64,000 bases of DNA from assembly GCF_022539665.2 (NCBI RefSeq), contig NC_081334.1, positions 2,046,001-2,110,000 of the forward strand, read 5' to 3'. Below the pieces are notes generated by a model, which worked only from the letters and a program-made list of their open reading frames with translations, searched no databases and was not told the origin of the DNA. Shown here piece by piece: positions 26,001-40,256 of this stretch; positions within the stretch are counted from its first letter, which is position 1, and every line of letters begins with the position of its first letter. The position numbers were made by a program, and so were the translations under genes. The stretch comes from Daphnia carinata (taxonomy: Eukaryota).

Positions 26001-29000
26001 ATTATGATTATCAAAGACTCGGTGATGGGATATCGCGCTGGTGGGAGGAGCTGCTATGGAGGTAGGGGGCCTTTAGGAACGAGGTATTTCTTTTTTGCAG
26101 AGGCATCACAACAGCCATCAGTATGCCGAATGAATAATAGAATGATGGGGTAGGGCATATGCTGTTCTTGTCAGGATTGTGATGGGATATTGAGGTGGGA
26201 GGCTCCGGAGGAACAGCCCCCCCCCCCTCCTCGCTCTTCTGATCGTGAAACGCGAATAGAGGGTATATAGTACGTCTATTTGATATACGCTATAGACTTG
26301 TAAGGCAAAAGAATAGATCGGCTGCTGACGTCATCAATGCCTAACACCAAAGCCAAAAAGGCGTCAACATGGAAAAAGATAAACAAAAAAAAAAAAGGTC
26401 TAGACACCATTTCATCCTGTATAGCAATCGAAATTGCAGATTTTGCATATGCGTTTTTTTTTTCAAATAGCCCGCAGCATGTCGGCAATGGGAGAAAAAC
26501 TTGTACGAGACAGAACATCAACAGAAAAGTTCACAAAATGTCGATGAAAGGCAGTCGAAAATGCGCGGGCATCATTAGTGCGGCATTGCCTCGCATTTTC
26601 AGTTCCTCCTCCTTTTTTTTTGCAAACTTTCTACAAATTAAAAAAAAAAAAAAGGAAAAGCTTATCTCTTCAATGAGGCATTCTGGTACATGCAGGAAGA
26701 GGATCCAGTTACAACCTCTCCATCAAAAAAATAAATAAATAATAATAATATTACGAGCCGGAAGGCAACTGGCAAAGAGATCAAGCAGCAACACATGTTC
26801 GGTCTAAACGTTGATGATATGTGGTATTGATTTCACCGGTATAGGCTTAGAGGGGGGGGGGATCTTTGATGGAGCTCAGCCGGAATCACGAAGAGACTCA
26901 CCATGCTCCAGGCGTAGAAAGGTAAAAAAAAAAAACGGGAGGGGATTGTGTGTGTGTGTGGGAGTCACGCGGCCCACCAGCACATGGCTAGAGCCTGTGG
27001 CTCCCTGTCGTACATCAATAAAGAGGGATCCTTACTTTTTACTTTCAGGAGAGAGAGAGAGAGAGAGAGAGAGCGTCTTGGGAGTAGAAACTTTTCTTCT
27101 TGTTTTGTGTGTGTGTCAAAAAATGTTGGGCAAAAGACCATCAGGTTAGCAACAAAAGAGTTTGTGTACCATCGCAAGTAGCGGGAGCGCGCAGCTTGTC
27201 CTTTTTTTTTTATAGTTATCTACGTTTGCTGTAACTCAATTTTTCAATAGTTAAAAAAAAAAAAAAAAAAAAAACGTGCGATGACTTTTCGATGCAAGTC
27301 GACGGACCATAGCGTAGGAGAATTAAAAAGAGTTTTGGAAGCGAGAGGGAATGAAAAAAAAAAAAAAGAAGTCTTCTCAGTTCTGATGATATCGATTTTG
27401 AAAGAGAGGGGGGAAAAAAAAGTAAATAAAAATTAAATTTCCAGGAAAAAGAAAATGAAGGAGTGAGTGGGAGTCGATGCTTCCTTCTTTTTTTTCTGAA
27501 GAGGCGGAGGGAGACAGGTATGGTAATAATAATGTTACAAACGCAACCTGTTTTACAAGTGAAATCTGGAGAGAGAGAGAGGCAACCGATCTTTCAGCAA
27601 GTTCGTGGAATTGTCAATATGAATATGAGCTATCAACCGGAAGTCAAATCGATAAGAAAAAAAGGTGAGGAAAAAGAAGCTTCAAAATTGTTGCATTTTT
27701 TTTTTCTCGTCTTAAAGACGTTAATGATGCAAATAGAAAATGAAAAAAAAAAAGACGGAACGTGACAAAAAATGAATGCCATTGGATGCACAAAGAAAAA
27801 GGTTTTCCGGAAGGATCGGAAGTTTAGAACGTAAACTTAAGCAACGGACTTGTCAAAAACCTTTAGAGGCCATTTTCGCCTAACTTGCCATCACACGATA
27901 TTGTTATTATACTCCTAAGCTGAAAACTTTCGCGTGAAGCTCGATCGTAAAGGTTTTAACAACGAAGTAACAAAAAAAAAATGGGAATGATTCCCCAATC
28001 CTATCAGCGCGCATAAAAAGCTGAAGTGTCTTTTTTCCTTTCGTTTCCCATCATCCGGAAGCGTGTGGGTGTCCTCAACACTACCAGTGTATCGAAGAAA
28101 CGTAAATAAATAAATAAATCGGCAAATAAAAACATTTCCCTCGTCTTCTGTCAACATCTAAACATCCGCCATCTAGCGCTGATACATGGAACTAGGATCA
28201 ACCAAAAAACACCCGACATTTTAAGCTCGTCTACTGCAGTACTGCTATTGCCGGAAAACAGCCTCGTGCAGGAAATATGTAAAAAAAACGGGCAAAGCCA
28301 CACAGAAATGAATAACTTAAGGTGGGCACTTACGTTCGACGAAAGAAGGCGGATTACTCTGCTGGAGTAGATGTTGATTGGCTGACGATGCCTCGACGGA
28401 GCTCCAAGCGAACAGGGTCGATGTTTTCAAAGCCGCTTCCAACCCACGTTGAATGGCGTGCTGGGTAGACTGGTTGCTCTCCACCGAACTGCTGCGCGAT
28501 TGCTGAGAGCCGGAAGGCGAATCGTCGTAGGAACCCGAGGCGGAATTGGCTTTTTTCCGTCGGAAGAGGCGGCGGCGACGCTCGGCCGCTGCATCCCGTC
28601 CAGGTAAGTTTTCATCGGTCATCCGATGCCGTTCTTGGTGTTGATGATGTGGAAGGATCCTCGACGTGCCCAACAAATCCAACGATTTGGATTTGAAGCT
28701 GGTCAAGACACCACGTCGGTTCCAGTTCACCTTTGTTCGATTGCAGTTTAAATGACATTACTCACATTTTCACGTCGTAGTTCATCAAGTGGTAACGAAT
28801 ATCTCATTTGTAATAAACTGAACGAGAACGAACTCTGTTACATGACCCACCCTCTCCCTAGATGCGATCCAACTGAAATGCGATGTGCATCTTTGTTTTT
28901 CGTCCCCAAGTATGCAATCGTCCTTGAAAGCTTCATTAGCAGGCAAATGGGTATGTATCATTTTATTTCGTTTTGACGGAAGGGATGATGTGGTGCTTAC

Positions 29001-29922
29001 CCTACCCTGGTTTTCTTTCTTATTACCCCTCTGTCTATTTTCCCGCTCTTAATATTGCGGGAAAGAAAACCCGCGAAAAAGAATGTCTCTTTTTTTTGGC
29101 GGGTTGCAAAGAAAGAGATAGAGATACAGCATAAAGGGGTAGGGTACGCACCATGCTGTCGGGGTTCTGCAACCTGTCGAACCCTTCCCATTCGAGAAAA
29201 TATTTACAATATCACATTCCCCTGCCATCAAATTGCTGTTAATAATGATTAAATTCACTGTTTTTGTGCAAGATATTGTGCAGTACGACATGGAAATATG
29301 CAAAACAAAAACGATTAGCATACTTTACTGCTGTTGTAGAGATAGGAAGGCTCGACGACGAGATCGGCCTGAAAATCGTCCGACATTTGGCGGACTTGTT
29401 GGGCGCCGGAAGACGCTGTGGCTGCGGCCAGCGAAGCTGCCGACGCAACTGCACAAGAGATGGCGCAACTGTCGACTGGATGTCCAGCCGTAGGTGTACC
29501 TGGCCGACTGCAATGACTTCGCGGATTTGTCATCATCCACGAGACGGAAGACGGACGCTTCTCGTTCGATTTAATTGACGTCCTTTTGTTTTTTTTTGTT
29601 TTTTTTAGCAATCGATCCGTTATCATTATAAAACTCATCATCTGAAAGTGGCTTGTTATTATCACCTGGATGGAGACGGACTTTTACTTCCGGCTGGTGT
29701 GGGCACGTCAGCGGACTGCGGTCTTAACGAAGCTCCAGCATCACTTCCGCCGACGAGAGCCGATGCTTCCGGCATGAATTGCTGGTGGTGATGCGACTGC
29801 CATCTAGTGGTAGATATCAGCTGCGACGTTGACATGGAAGACGACGTGCCCGTACGACTGTCGGCGAAGCGCTGCCTTAATGATTTGGCCCGGCTGATGA
29901 CCTCGTGCTGTCTGTAATCCAT
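9310..29922 (-). CDS. Dbl-family Rho guanine nucleotide exchange factor (DH-PH), PLEKHG7-like, with long low-complexity N-terminus
   Basis: DH motifs EALWDLFQSECAFL..VYMDPL..LFGNLDEL..RCKKLQLTDLLVAPVQHIMKVPLLL. PH region RQIVLEGPL..HVILFDDMLLITR..TWLLKIRE. Stop at 9310-9312. A phase-compatible upstream exon chain was traced: ~29922-29667, 29581-29323, 28730-28333, 23521-23091, 22019-21635, 15952-15797, 15382-15154, 13620-13439, plus small exons near 13200 and 12670. The N-terminal exons and start codon are less certain; the frame stays open upstream to ~30080. Confidence 0.8.
18696..18734. repeat. (AG)n microsatellite, intronic
   Basis: About 19 perfect AG units. Confidence 0.95.
20029..20085. 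repeat. (AC)n microsatellite, intronic
   Basis: About 28 perfect AC units. Confidence 0.95.
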
Positions 29923-32900
29923 TCCGCGCGGACCCCTCTTTAAACAGAGACGCACAAGACGAGAACTGTTAGTCAGATTGAATTTCCTTGACTCAGGAAG
30001 TGGAACGAGCTTCCGTGTTGCCAGATGTTGTGTATTGACTGACGTTACCTCCAGAGTGGTAACACAACAGGCACCTTCGCTGCAAACGCGTCAATTATAG
30101 AGTCGTAAGTAAAAAATAAATAAATAGAAAAACAACTACCCCTTAGGCCAAAACTTGCGATTGCAGAAAAGACTGAGAGGGCCGTATAGCGCACAATTAG
30201 TGAGCGAGTTTAATTACACGGTCGCTTCCTTGCCTGTAAATAGACGCAACAGCAGTGCAGAGACCTTGCTCGCGAACTTCCTGATAGTCTCCTCGCAGGC
30301 AACATGCCTTTTTGCATCCTCATTATGATTCAATAGTGGAGAAAAAAAAACATAATAAAAACAAAGGAAATGCTAAATTAAGAACAACTATAAACACATA
30401 CAGAAAATGAATCAGTATGTCGGTACCCAGATTTAGAAAGGAACGAACTGGGAACATGAAAACAAGATGGGAGATGTTTCTCTGACCATTGCTCTATTTG
30501 AAATCAGATCGCAAATCAAATTCAATGCAGAGAGTTCCTTTCTGTGTTAGACTCAAAAATATTGATGAACAATAACGAGTTGACTGAAAGAAAAAAAAAA
30601 ACTAAAAATAGAACTCCATAGACAGAGAGAACGTAGAGCTTCGTGAGAAACTCTTAATATAAATCGTTAAGAGTGTCGCAGTATTGGCAAAAGTTAACAA
30701 AAACAAAATGGCACAGATGTACTGCACATCATTTAAAAGTCGGACTGATAACAAGGACTTAAAAGCAGCACTCAGATGTGCTCTCTAGATTTCCACTTCT
30801 TTCGAACCGTTTAATTACATTCAGTGGCAGCCAGACATGAAAATCTGTGCCTGCACGCAAACGTGGGCGTGCCGTTCTTCTGAATCACTTGCGGGGCAAC
30901 GTGGATCAATCACCCATGATCAATAGCAAATCAAAAAACAATAGCTCATTTTACTGATGGTAAAAAACCCTATGGCCCCCTATCCATCTGAACTCCTCCC
31001 CCAGAAATCCCACCTAAAACGCAAAACGAAGCAAAACAATGTATACCACGAAAAACAAATAAACAGAATGAAAAAGGAATAACAAAGAACAGATTCGAAA
31101 AAAAAAAAAATGATGGAGTAACGCATTCTTTCAATCAATCAGCGATGAGACGTGGATGATTGTGTACAGCTTTAGGCCATATTGGTTTTCGATTGGGTTT
31201 CCCGACAGCCCCACATTTCTTGTTAGATGCCTCCTCAGCATTTCAGTTTTTTTTTTTTACTGCCTACATCAACTTTGATTAGAGTGGGAGGCGTGTGCAC
31301 CATATCACCATATTTTGCTAGCGATAGCGATAATATACGACGCATTACATCCGACTCAAACACCATGGATAATGATCAGTTCTATAGATGTATATACATG
31401 TTGGGGGAGGTTGTGGACGTCAAAGATAAACAGGAAGCGCGGCAATTTTGCCGTGTACTGCGTTTCATAGGCTTCTCATCCTAACCGAACGTAATTGATT
31501 GACCGTTCCACTTGGGATTTGCCAGGTAATGGACAAGAAAAACTAAGAAAAACTAAGAAAAAAAAAAAATAAAAAAAAGATTCGTGGAATTGAAAGAGGC
31601 CTCATCTGATTTCGCTATGGCTTATAGCCAATTGGTACGAAGTTCTTAAAAAATGTTGTTTTGAAATTTGATACTGTACTCCATCGGTCGTTGCTATTGA
31701 ACGGCTACACGATTTCCTATTCATCAAAGTAGAAAGGCTATAAGCTTTATCCGAGCCGTGAGTGTTGAAATGGTCAACAGGACTGCAACGTGTGCATTTG
31801 AACAAATACTACGACGTTATAGAATACAAATAAATGCATCCAAACGCACTTAAAGGTAGCGTCGTGCTGTAGGGGAAAAGCCAGCCGGATGTTTCTCTCG
31901 GTACAACAACGTCACAGCGTATCTCTTTGATGCAGTGTGTACATTGTGCGGAACATTTGCATCCTCCAGTCTAAAATAACTCTACCACCCAAGATGCCCA
32001 GAAAATCAAAGACGGGCATTTATGATAATAAAAATGTGGGTTCCCTTTTGTCTGGCCAACTATAAGTATCTTCATAACAATGAAGCAAAAACTGATGCGT
32101 GATTGTATATAATATCTACATAGCGAAATACGAAAGGAGGGTTGTAAATTTGTGGTTTTTAGATCAACGCCTTTTGTCGCTACCACGGTTGCCAAGGAGA
32201 CAATCAAATTAAAATGAGATATAGCCTCTATCATCAGGTGTCGCTTTCTCATGAATCCGCGAATTACGTAAAATGGAAGATAAAAAAAAAAGGAGGAGGA
32301 ATTGTCTCTATGCATACATTTATTGACCGGATAATTCGGCTACATCTGGGACATAAAAACAAGGTTGAAAAAAAAAAAAAAGAAACTGTGTGGAAATGCG
32401 AGCGTATATGTAAAATCGTTCAACTCCATTATCGACATAATCCCAATGGAGCTCATCCGTAATCAGACGGTCTTATTTCGAGCTCGACAATTTTAAGATT
32501 GGCGCTTCTAGCTGATTTCCAAAAGGGAGGGATGCTTGACAGTATAAGCAAATGCACTTGTAACCTATAGAAAAGACTATATATGTGAGAAGACGTTACG
32601 AAAGACATTGAATGATGTATATTAGTGCTGCGCGTATCGTTCATATCGATCCGGCCAGTGTCTACACAAAAACCCGATTTTCTATTCTCTCTTTCTTTTT
32701 TGAATGAAAACGAACTTATGTGCCGTGCTCAATTCGTGTACGCGCAAAACGCAGTAGTCGTGCTGATCCTATCCAAGCAAAAACAGGCGAGCAAAAAAAG
32801 AAAATAGAGAGCATCCCAAACGAAAATGTTTGACTTTTACCGTATTACATCTGACAATATTCGTATGTGTTTCACTCTGTATAGCAAACGCTTTTAACGT

Positions 32901-35900
32901 TTACGTAAACGTTTTCTTATTTCTTTTCTTTCCAAAGTCCCCCCCTGCCTTTATTTTTTGATTTTATTATTTGTTTCTCCTTCTTTGTAGACTGTGCGAC
33001 GATAGACAGACACTGAAGCACTCCCATCTTTCACGCACTACACTCTACGGCGAGTTTAATCATCTCTTTCTTTTTAGCTTCTTTTCTTGTCCTTTTCATC
33101 TTGCGGGACTTGTTCCTCCGTTTCACGTTAGCAGTGTGATAATAGCGGAAAAAGGATAGTGGAACTCGTTCATCTTTTCACGGCGCAGTAAACTAAATCA
33201 TCTCCCATCTCTTGGTGGATCCCTTTCATAAACCAAACCGAAGGTCTGTATAGACGTATATATATATATACACACATTCAGCAATAAATAGGATAGACGA
33301 ACACGCGCAGGATGTAGGTTGACACGACGACCTTCTGACGTTATAATTCCATTTTTATTTGCGCAAAAAAAAAAAGAATGCTTCTATCAGCCATGTTTCT
33401 GAAGATGCTTATCGATTTGAAGGAAAACGTCTTTCATAAGAGGATGTGTAGCTTAAAAGCAAACCTATCGAGCATGTAACTAGTCGGAAGAGAAAGAACA
33501 CTAGAGAGTCATGTTGTTTTTTCCCTATTTGTGTGTGTCCGTGTGTTCGAGGGAGAACCAAATAGCCGGGAAGATGATGGCCAACAACTGCCAGACGGTG
33601 AACGAACCAAAGAGGATCTGCCCCCCTCCCCGAAAAGAGAGTGCAAGTCGGTACGGCCATTAAGGATCCATCTTCTCCGGAAAAAAAAGAAAAGAGTAAG
33701 ACGTGCATGTGGCTTAGAGTCGCCTCCATATCTAAGACAAGTCTATATAACATGGAAGCTGTTTTTTTTTCTTTCTTTTTTTCTCGACGATGGAGTGACG
33801 GCGCCCAGCCGAGCGTCTCCATGCACGGGCACGTACTCGTCCGCAAAGAAGGAAGAAACAAATAGACACTAAGCAAAAGAACGAAGAAGAAAAAAAGCGG
33901 CTTGTTTGTACGGTACGAAGCGAGCGTGAAATCCTAAACCAACTTGCTTATAGAAAATATATCGGACCAATTTTTCTTTTCTCGTCCAACGGCGTTTTAT
34001 ATGGCATAATATATCGATGGAGAAGTCTGAGTTGTATATCGTATATAGGCCTAATGGCTGTACGTAGAGAGTGTTTTCGCGTCAGGAAGCCTGTAACTTT
34101 AAAAGAACATTTCATTTTGAAAAAAGAAAAGGTGAGTTCGTCATAACATTGTCAATAACTGGATGCCGAACTACTTTATGCACTTTGCATTTTGTAACAG
34201 TCTTACGCAACATCGGGAGCTGCTCCATTGTGGAACAGGAATGGCGAAATGAAGATCTAAGAAAAATTGGTTCGATTGGATTCCTGTTTCACGATCCCAT
34301 TCGTCTGTACAAATATGGAACGTCAATCCATCAAACAGGAAAACGCCCTGGCTATTCTGCTTCTTGTTGTAAGAAAAAAAAAATATATATATCCGACATC
34401 AAATATGCAAAAACAGATTAAATAAGAGAGAAGGGGGGAAAAAATGCAGCTGGCGAAAGCAGATCAAACTAAAAATTGATTTATAATCGGTGGTATAGGA
34501 GAGGCTGAATTTACAATATTCCAATCTGTTTGAAAATCGCCACAAAAAACCCTAAAAATCAGCCCACATTCGTGATCGCCATACAATCTTTTTTTAAATC
34601 TGGATATGTTCTCCTTTTCGTGAGATATTTTAATCATTTTCCTAGATAGAAAAAAAAAAGCAGATCATTACCTCCCATAATGCCTTCACCTTTGTCCATC
34701 GCGCACGCCCACGCACTCAATTCAAATGGCTACTATGACACGGTCTCGCTCGATCTTTGTGCGCACATGTTGAGACAAACTGCCTCCCTTCAAAAAGGTA
34801 AATCATGTTTTTGTTTGCAAATCAATTGTCAATGGGCCTGCGTTCCGAGGCCGAGTTGGTAACGGGAGCAAGGGCGCAATAAAAATAAAATCTGCTATTT
34901 TTAAACGCGATGACGGAGAATATCGTGTACCAGAAAAGAAAAGGCCCGTAAATGTACGCACATAACACACGCAAAGTTGTTTTTTTTTTTTTTTCTAAAG
35001 CGATTCATCAAATAAAAAGGACAAGTGGGAAGGGGGCCCAGATTGCGTCACATGAAAGGCTTCTCTTGATACTTTTGTGTTGTTTTCTTTCATCGCGGAT
35101 GTCTATAAATGTTTACTATACCCGGCCTTCAAGTGCACAGTCAAGAAAAGAAGGTAGGCGGTGTGGTGTGTGTCTATAAACAATGGGATAAAAGACGTGT
35201 GTTGTGTGTGCGTGAACGGTGGCGCATTCCAATAAAAGTGGGAGACTCCTCACGAAAATATATATAAAAAAAAAAGAAAACTGGGTCGACCCCGTTTATA
35301 ATAATCGCCCTTTCTCCACACATCGTCAGTGTACAACGGTGTGTGTATTTGCGCTGTTGTTTGGCTTGCGGCCGTCTAAGACGTATCGTTCTTTTTTTTT
35401 TTCCCCGTCGTTCAACATCTAAATTTAGCCAACAGGAGCCAAAAGAAGACGAGAAAAAAAAAGGAGGGTAAAGGCTCTCGTCCTATTGAACTGTTCCGTG
35501 CCCACCTGCCAATCCTCAGGTCCTCTCTTCTTATCAAAATGCTTTTTTTTTTGTTACGTAGAATAAACAACAGACGCTCGCAACGCTATCAAATTATGAG
35601 TTGGCGAGCTACCGCCTTTTGTGTCCTCGACTCTATTCCTTTTGCTCTTCTACTTGACTTTTGCCTCGTCTTTAGGCAAGTCTAATTAAAAACACAAAAA
35701 GAAAACAACAGGGTCGAGATATATATAGCAGGCCTACATAAAGTGGCCATCGGTCCTGTTACTACGTACGTCAACTAATGCCCTTCGGAAAACGCACGTG
35801 CACCGACTCCGGGAGCCATTCGGTCCACTTTCGTGCAAAACAACACAAACAGACACGTACAGCAAAGGATCTTGTTTCTTTTCTACAATGAAAATAATCG

Positions 35901-38900
35901 GTGAAACATGGACCAACAGATCCTCTTCAAATGAGGATGAACATTAATAACAATCGTATGCTGAACGGCAGGGGTGTGGGTGTTAGTTTATTGTTAATAT
36001 AATACGTAATGGGTTGTGTTACGACACTAGAGTGCGCGCATAGATTTCATTTCATCCGAACTATAAGTGCGGGATAAACACAATATAAAAAGTTTACACC
36101 CCGCCTTCAACTTAGTTATTAGCCACCAAAGTACGTATCAGCGGCAATGTGTTTTGATTTATGCATCTGTTGCCGGCCTTTAGTTCTCCCTGCCCGCTAA
36201 CCAACAAAGTACGCAGAGTGCAAAGAGACGTTTCTTTTTCGGCGATACGGGACACATATTAGAAATTCATTTTGAGTCGATTATTTAGTGCGTGGGTTGA
36301 GGTAAGAGATCGCGCAACTTTCGTGTCTGTCGGAGTTCACCTAACGTTCAAAAAAAAAAAAAATTGATTTTGAAATCTTTCGTCTATTCGATTCTGTTTT
36401 TTAAAAGGAACGATGTGATTTGCCATATCGTGGCTCTATAATCAATCCATCAGGGAAAAAAAGCGATAGGTTTTAATACACGTTTACAGCTATATTGTGA
36501 GTGGATAAGAATGGGCGAGTTCATCTCCTATTCTACGTTGTTGGTGATATTCATAAAAGGTTTAGTTTGTGCTATTCTTACCTGTTGGCTGGGAAGAAGT
36601 TGCGATAGCAGAAAAATTAATCAGTCCGTAAGAGCTGTTCGAGCGGATGAAAATCTGTTTTTCTTTCTTGTGTTGTGCGCGAGGGATCCGATGTATTCAG
36701 CTGTACAGCGAACTTACACATTCATAAGATTCCAACCAAAGTAGGTTCTAATTAGAACGACTAGCAATGACTCAACATAGTTGTTTCCTTTTCACTTTCG
36801 GACTATCACTAATTCAAAACTTGGCGTTCTAGAGACCACGAGTTCGCGTAAAACACTTCACCTCTTTTCGTTTGCTTGGCTAGACGACAACGTCCTCGAC
36901 GAACGGAAGACGAGTCACGACTGAAGGCGCCAAAAGTTCGGCACTGTGAGGTGTACACAACTCGCAGCTAGCGCAAGAGCAGCGTGATGAGAGAAGCCTC
37001 AAAAAAGAGCGGGTCAGAAACACACACAACTTTAAGATGCACGAGACACGACTGGTGAGTGTTACATGTGTTTCTTCGTGTTTTTTTTTTTCTTTTAATC
37101 GTCTGGTCTGTTGAACTCGGCCGTTGGCTTTGGTGCGTAACAATTGCACGCAAACCCTATTATAGAACGTGATGGAAAGCCGTCCCGCAATTGCGACCAC
37201 TCTAGATTTCCGCACACAGGTATAGGAGATGTATACGAGAGTGGATCACGTGCTGTGAAGGGGAGGGCATCAAATATTGATCCATCTTATCTGAATTTAA
37301 CATGCCCTTTGATTTTACACCACTTCGTAGTTTGCAACCTATAGACACCGTCTCGTTAAATGTAAAATAAAAAAAATATATTTCAAAAAAGAATTTGAAT
37401 TAATCTTTTGATTTATTCACAGGGGAAGTCTTACCGCTGTGAGTGGATGGGAATAAATTTCTTTCGCCCTTTTCGTTCTCCCGATATCATTTTTTTTTAG
37501 TTGAGAAAATGGTGAGATCAGGTATAACAAAACAGGAGATAAAATCCTAAAAAAAAAGGGAAGAACTATGCAGAGATTATGGTTCATTTCGTGATTCAAA
37601 ACAGCAGCAAATCCTTAGTTCTACAGTAGATGCTGCATGCTAGAAGAAATGCTGATTTATTCAAAAGCGTGTCGATCAAGTCACAATCGAAACACTCCAT
37701 TTATTTTTTGTTTTTCCTATTTGGTATGGTGTGCACACAAGCAGCCGGCATTGCTAGACCAAAAAAGAAATAATAAAAACACAAGAACATTATTAGGTTA
37801 GCAACATTCTTTTAAAGAACGGATGTCATAGTTTGCATACCAAACTGAGCAACATTAGTCATGCGGAACGGAATTCTCTTGATTTTTTACTTGCGTTTAG
37901 CTATTTTGCAACGGCGATTGAACACTACAAGCTTGACGCCTCAGGCTTGGTGATATGGTTTGTTTCTTTCTTGCACAATTGAAGAAGATGCGTGTTTAAT
38001 TAGGTCTACAAAGCAACAAGGTTCGTTGAGTTGCTGAAACCCTCAACGCATTGTGCATCCAATACCTCCATTAGTCGCACCTGGACTCTGCCATCCGCCA
38101 TTCACATCGCAAGAGGCTTTCCAATTAGATCAGATATCATTATCGGCCTCGACTAGCATCGCTCACCTTCGACGCTTCGTAATGATCTACAGTGGGCTAA
38201 TGCTAGTTAATTACATTAAAAAGAGCCAATATGAGAAATCCATGGTCTAACTCTTCAGGATGCATGTAGGGCAGCAAGTACAGAGAAACAGACACGACGA
38301 GAACGTCGCTGACGTGATTGCAACTTTCCGAAGCAACAAGATACCTGCTCTTCCGCCATTCGTTTTTCTCGTAAAACCTTTCTTTGATACTACGAACCAT
38401 ATTGTTTACAAAGGAATTGTTGATTTCAATCAAAAGTTGTTCTATTTTGTTTGGCATGTCGAAACATCGAAAACTTTTGCACTGAGCATAGGTGGGGACC
38501 CCGTTCAACCCACCTGTCAGCAACACCATTCAATCGATTTAAAAGATGGCAAAAGGAACCTACTGGGCACAGTATTTCGTTTTCGTGGGACCGCATAACA
38601 CGGAACAAAAAGAACCATACCGTGTCTAGCAGTTGCGCAAAAAAGGCCCTCTTTTCCGCCATGTTTACGAGCTTTCCTTTTTCCAAATTTTCCTTTTCAC
38701 GTTTTCGTAGAAAAGAATATAAAAGTTAGTCGGGAGTCGACTTGGATTTTTAAGACCCCCCTGTACTATAGGAGAGAGAGAGAAAGAGACCGCCCGGGGC
38801 TTCTGTCTCTCTTCGACATTTACTTGATACAGAAAACACGGTTGCTTTTTGTAGTCAATCTATCACGTTGGCATGGTGCCTAGACACGCTTCCGGAAAAC

Positions 38901-39708
38901 GTCACGAATCCTTGTCCCTACACTTGCCCAACTTTAACGAATTCACAACAGTGGACGTAATAGGCAATTCAATGTGTTATTTAAACGTTACTCACGTCAA
39001 GTAGATTTACCGATGAGACGTGGCTTCAATGTCGAAGATGTTTCCAAACAATATTTTGTAAATGGTTTATGTTAATGGTGATCTTGATTTTCCGCGATGA
39101 CAGCAGCGCAGGCGCCTTCTTCCATTTGCAGCATGTTGTATTTCCATAGATTTTCCAGCATTAGTTTTGTGTTCTCCCAGCGTAGTCGTTTGGCTTCGTC
39201 TGGGAAAAAACAGGACAAAAGATATGAATTAATAAATAAGCTAAATTAACCTTTTCTCTCGTAGGGAAGTTCCCGGTCATTTCTTCTTTTCATTACTTAA
39301 AGTCCCATAATGGCTTTGCATCTTGCAAAAGATACCTTTAGCTCATAATTTCATACATCAAAGGAAGAAACTGAAAGTTGAGCAGCTATGGTTTGTCTAT
39401 TGTTTCAAGACAATTGCCATTGGATCATTGATCTTGGTGTGTGTATATATATATACGTGGCCGTAGTCTAAAGATGTGCAGTCGGATTCTAAATCCAATT
39501 AAGGCATGGCGAATCAAAAATTTTCTAATACTCTATCGTTGCAGAAAAGCTTTGTAGTCTATCTGACATTCGACTTGTCTTCGACGCCAGTTTTCTCATC
39601 ATGGGGAGTGAGCTCACACGAGTGAACATAAAGAACTTTGTAGCGATCACAGTGTGTCTTATAGGAGCTGCTAAACCCACACATCTGTTAATCTATTTAA
39701 CGATTCAA

Positions 39709-39909
39709 TCAACTAGTTTTATTACCAGCCATCTTCTTCATGTCGACCCCAACAGCTTTCATCATCTTCTTCTTGGCCTCCAGGGAGGTTATCTTCCCAT
39801 CAATGTCAAAGCAGCAATCGATCTTGGCGATGGGATATGGCTTATTATCATTGCAATCGGTTGCCGCAAAGATACCATTCTTCTTCTTCCCACCATCCAT
39901 GGCAGACAT
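39709..39909 (-). CDS. Candidate 66-aa microprotein in the last exon of a small spliced gene
   Basis: ORF MSAMDGGKKKNGIFAATDCNDNKPYPIAKIDCCFDIDGKITSLEAKKKMMKAVGVDMKKMAGNKTS. An acceptor (tcattttag) lies 12 nt upstream of the ATG. Upstream donors at 40581 (gtaagtt) and 40084 (gtagct). Lys codons are strongly AAG-biased. AATAAA overlaps the last codons and is followed by a GT-rich tract. No family recognised. Confidence 0.5.
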   Translation of the reverse strand: MSAMDGGKKKNGIFAATDCNDNKPYPIAKIDCCFDIDGKITSLEAKKKMMKAVGVDMKKMAGNKTS

Positions 39910-40256
39910 TAATTTACAAACCTAAAATGAATGCAATATTTATTCATATTCAGCTCAATGCCTACTACTATTTGATGCTTGGATGCATTATACTGATATC
40001 ATCACCTCTTTGGTTTCATATTTTATCTTGTGGTGTTTTAGCTGTACAAATGGGTAACACCCAAGAGAGCAAATTACAAGCTACCTTAGCAACATGTGTA
40101 TAATCCTCTGACCCTTGGCATACAGAATCTCAAATAATAATCTTTTACCAAAAAAAGATTATATTTTAACTACACCTAAGGTATTAGGGAGAACTTCATG
40201 CCAAAAGCCAACAAAAGATGTTCAGGAAGGAAATGAAAAGTCAGAGATAATGATAA

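Noticed and set aside
16000..38000. Numerous 60-140 aa ORFs in the ORF track within RhoGEF introns
   Set aside because: Made of poly-A/T and dinucleotide-repeat translations (poly-F/K, HTHT, ERER); no coding signal beyond the exons listed.
38279..38287. TACAGAGAA (METTL16/U6-type nonamer)
   Set aside because: Single 9-mer with no supporting hairpin or U6 context; plausibly chance.
38203..38730. Minus-strand ORF fragments faintly resembling a hAT-type transposase (FVNNMVRSIKERF)
   Set aside because: No TIRs, TSD or catalytic motif recognised; the similarity is too weak to call.
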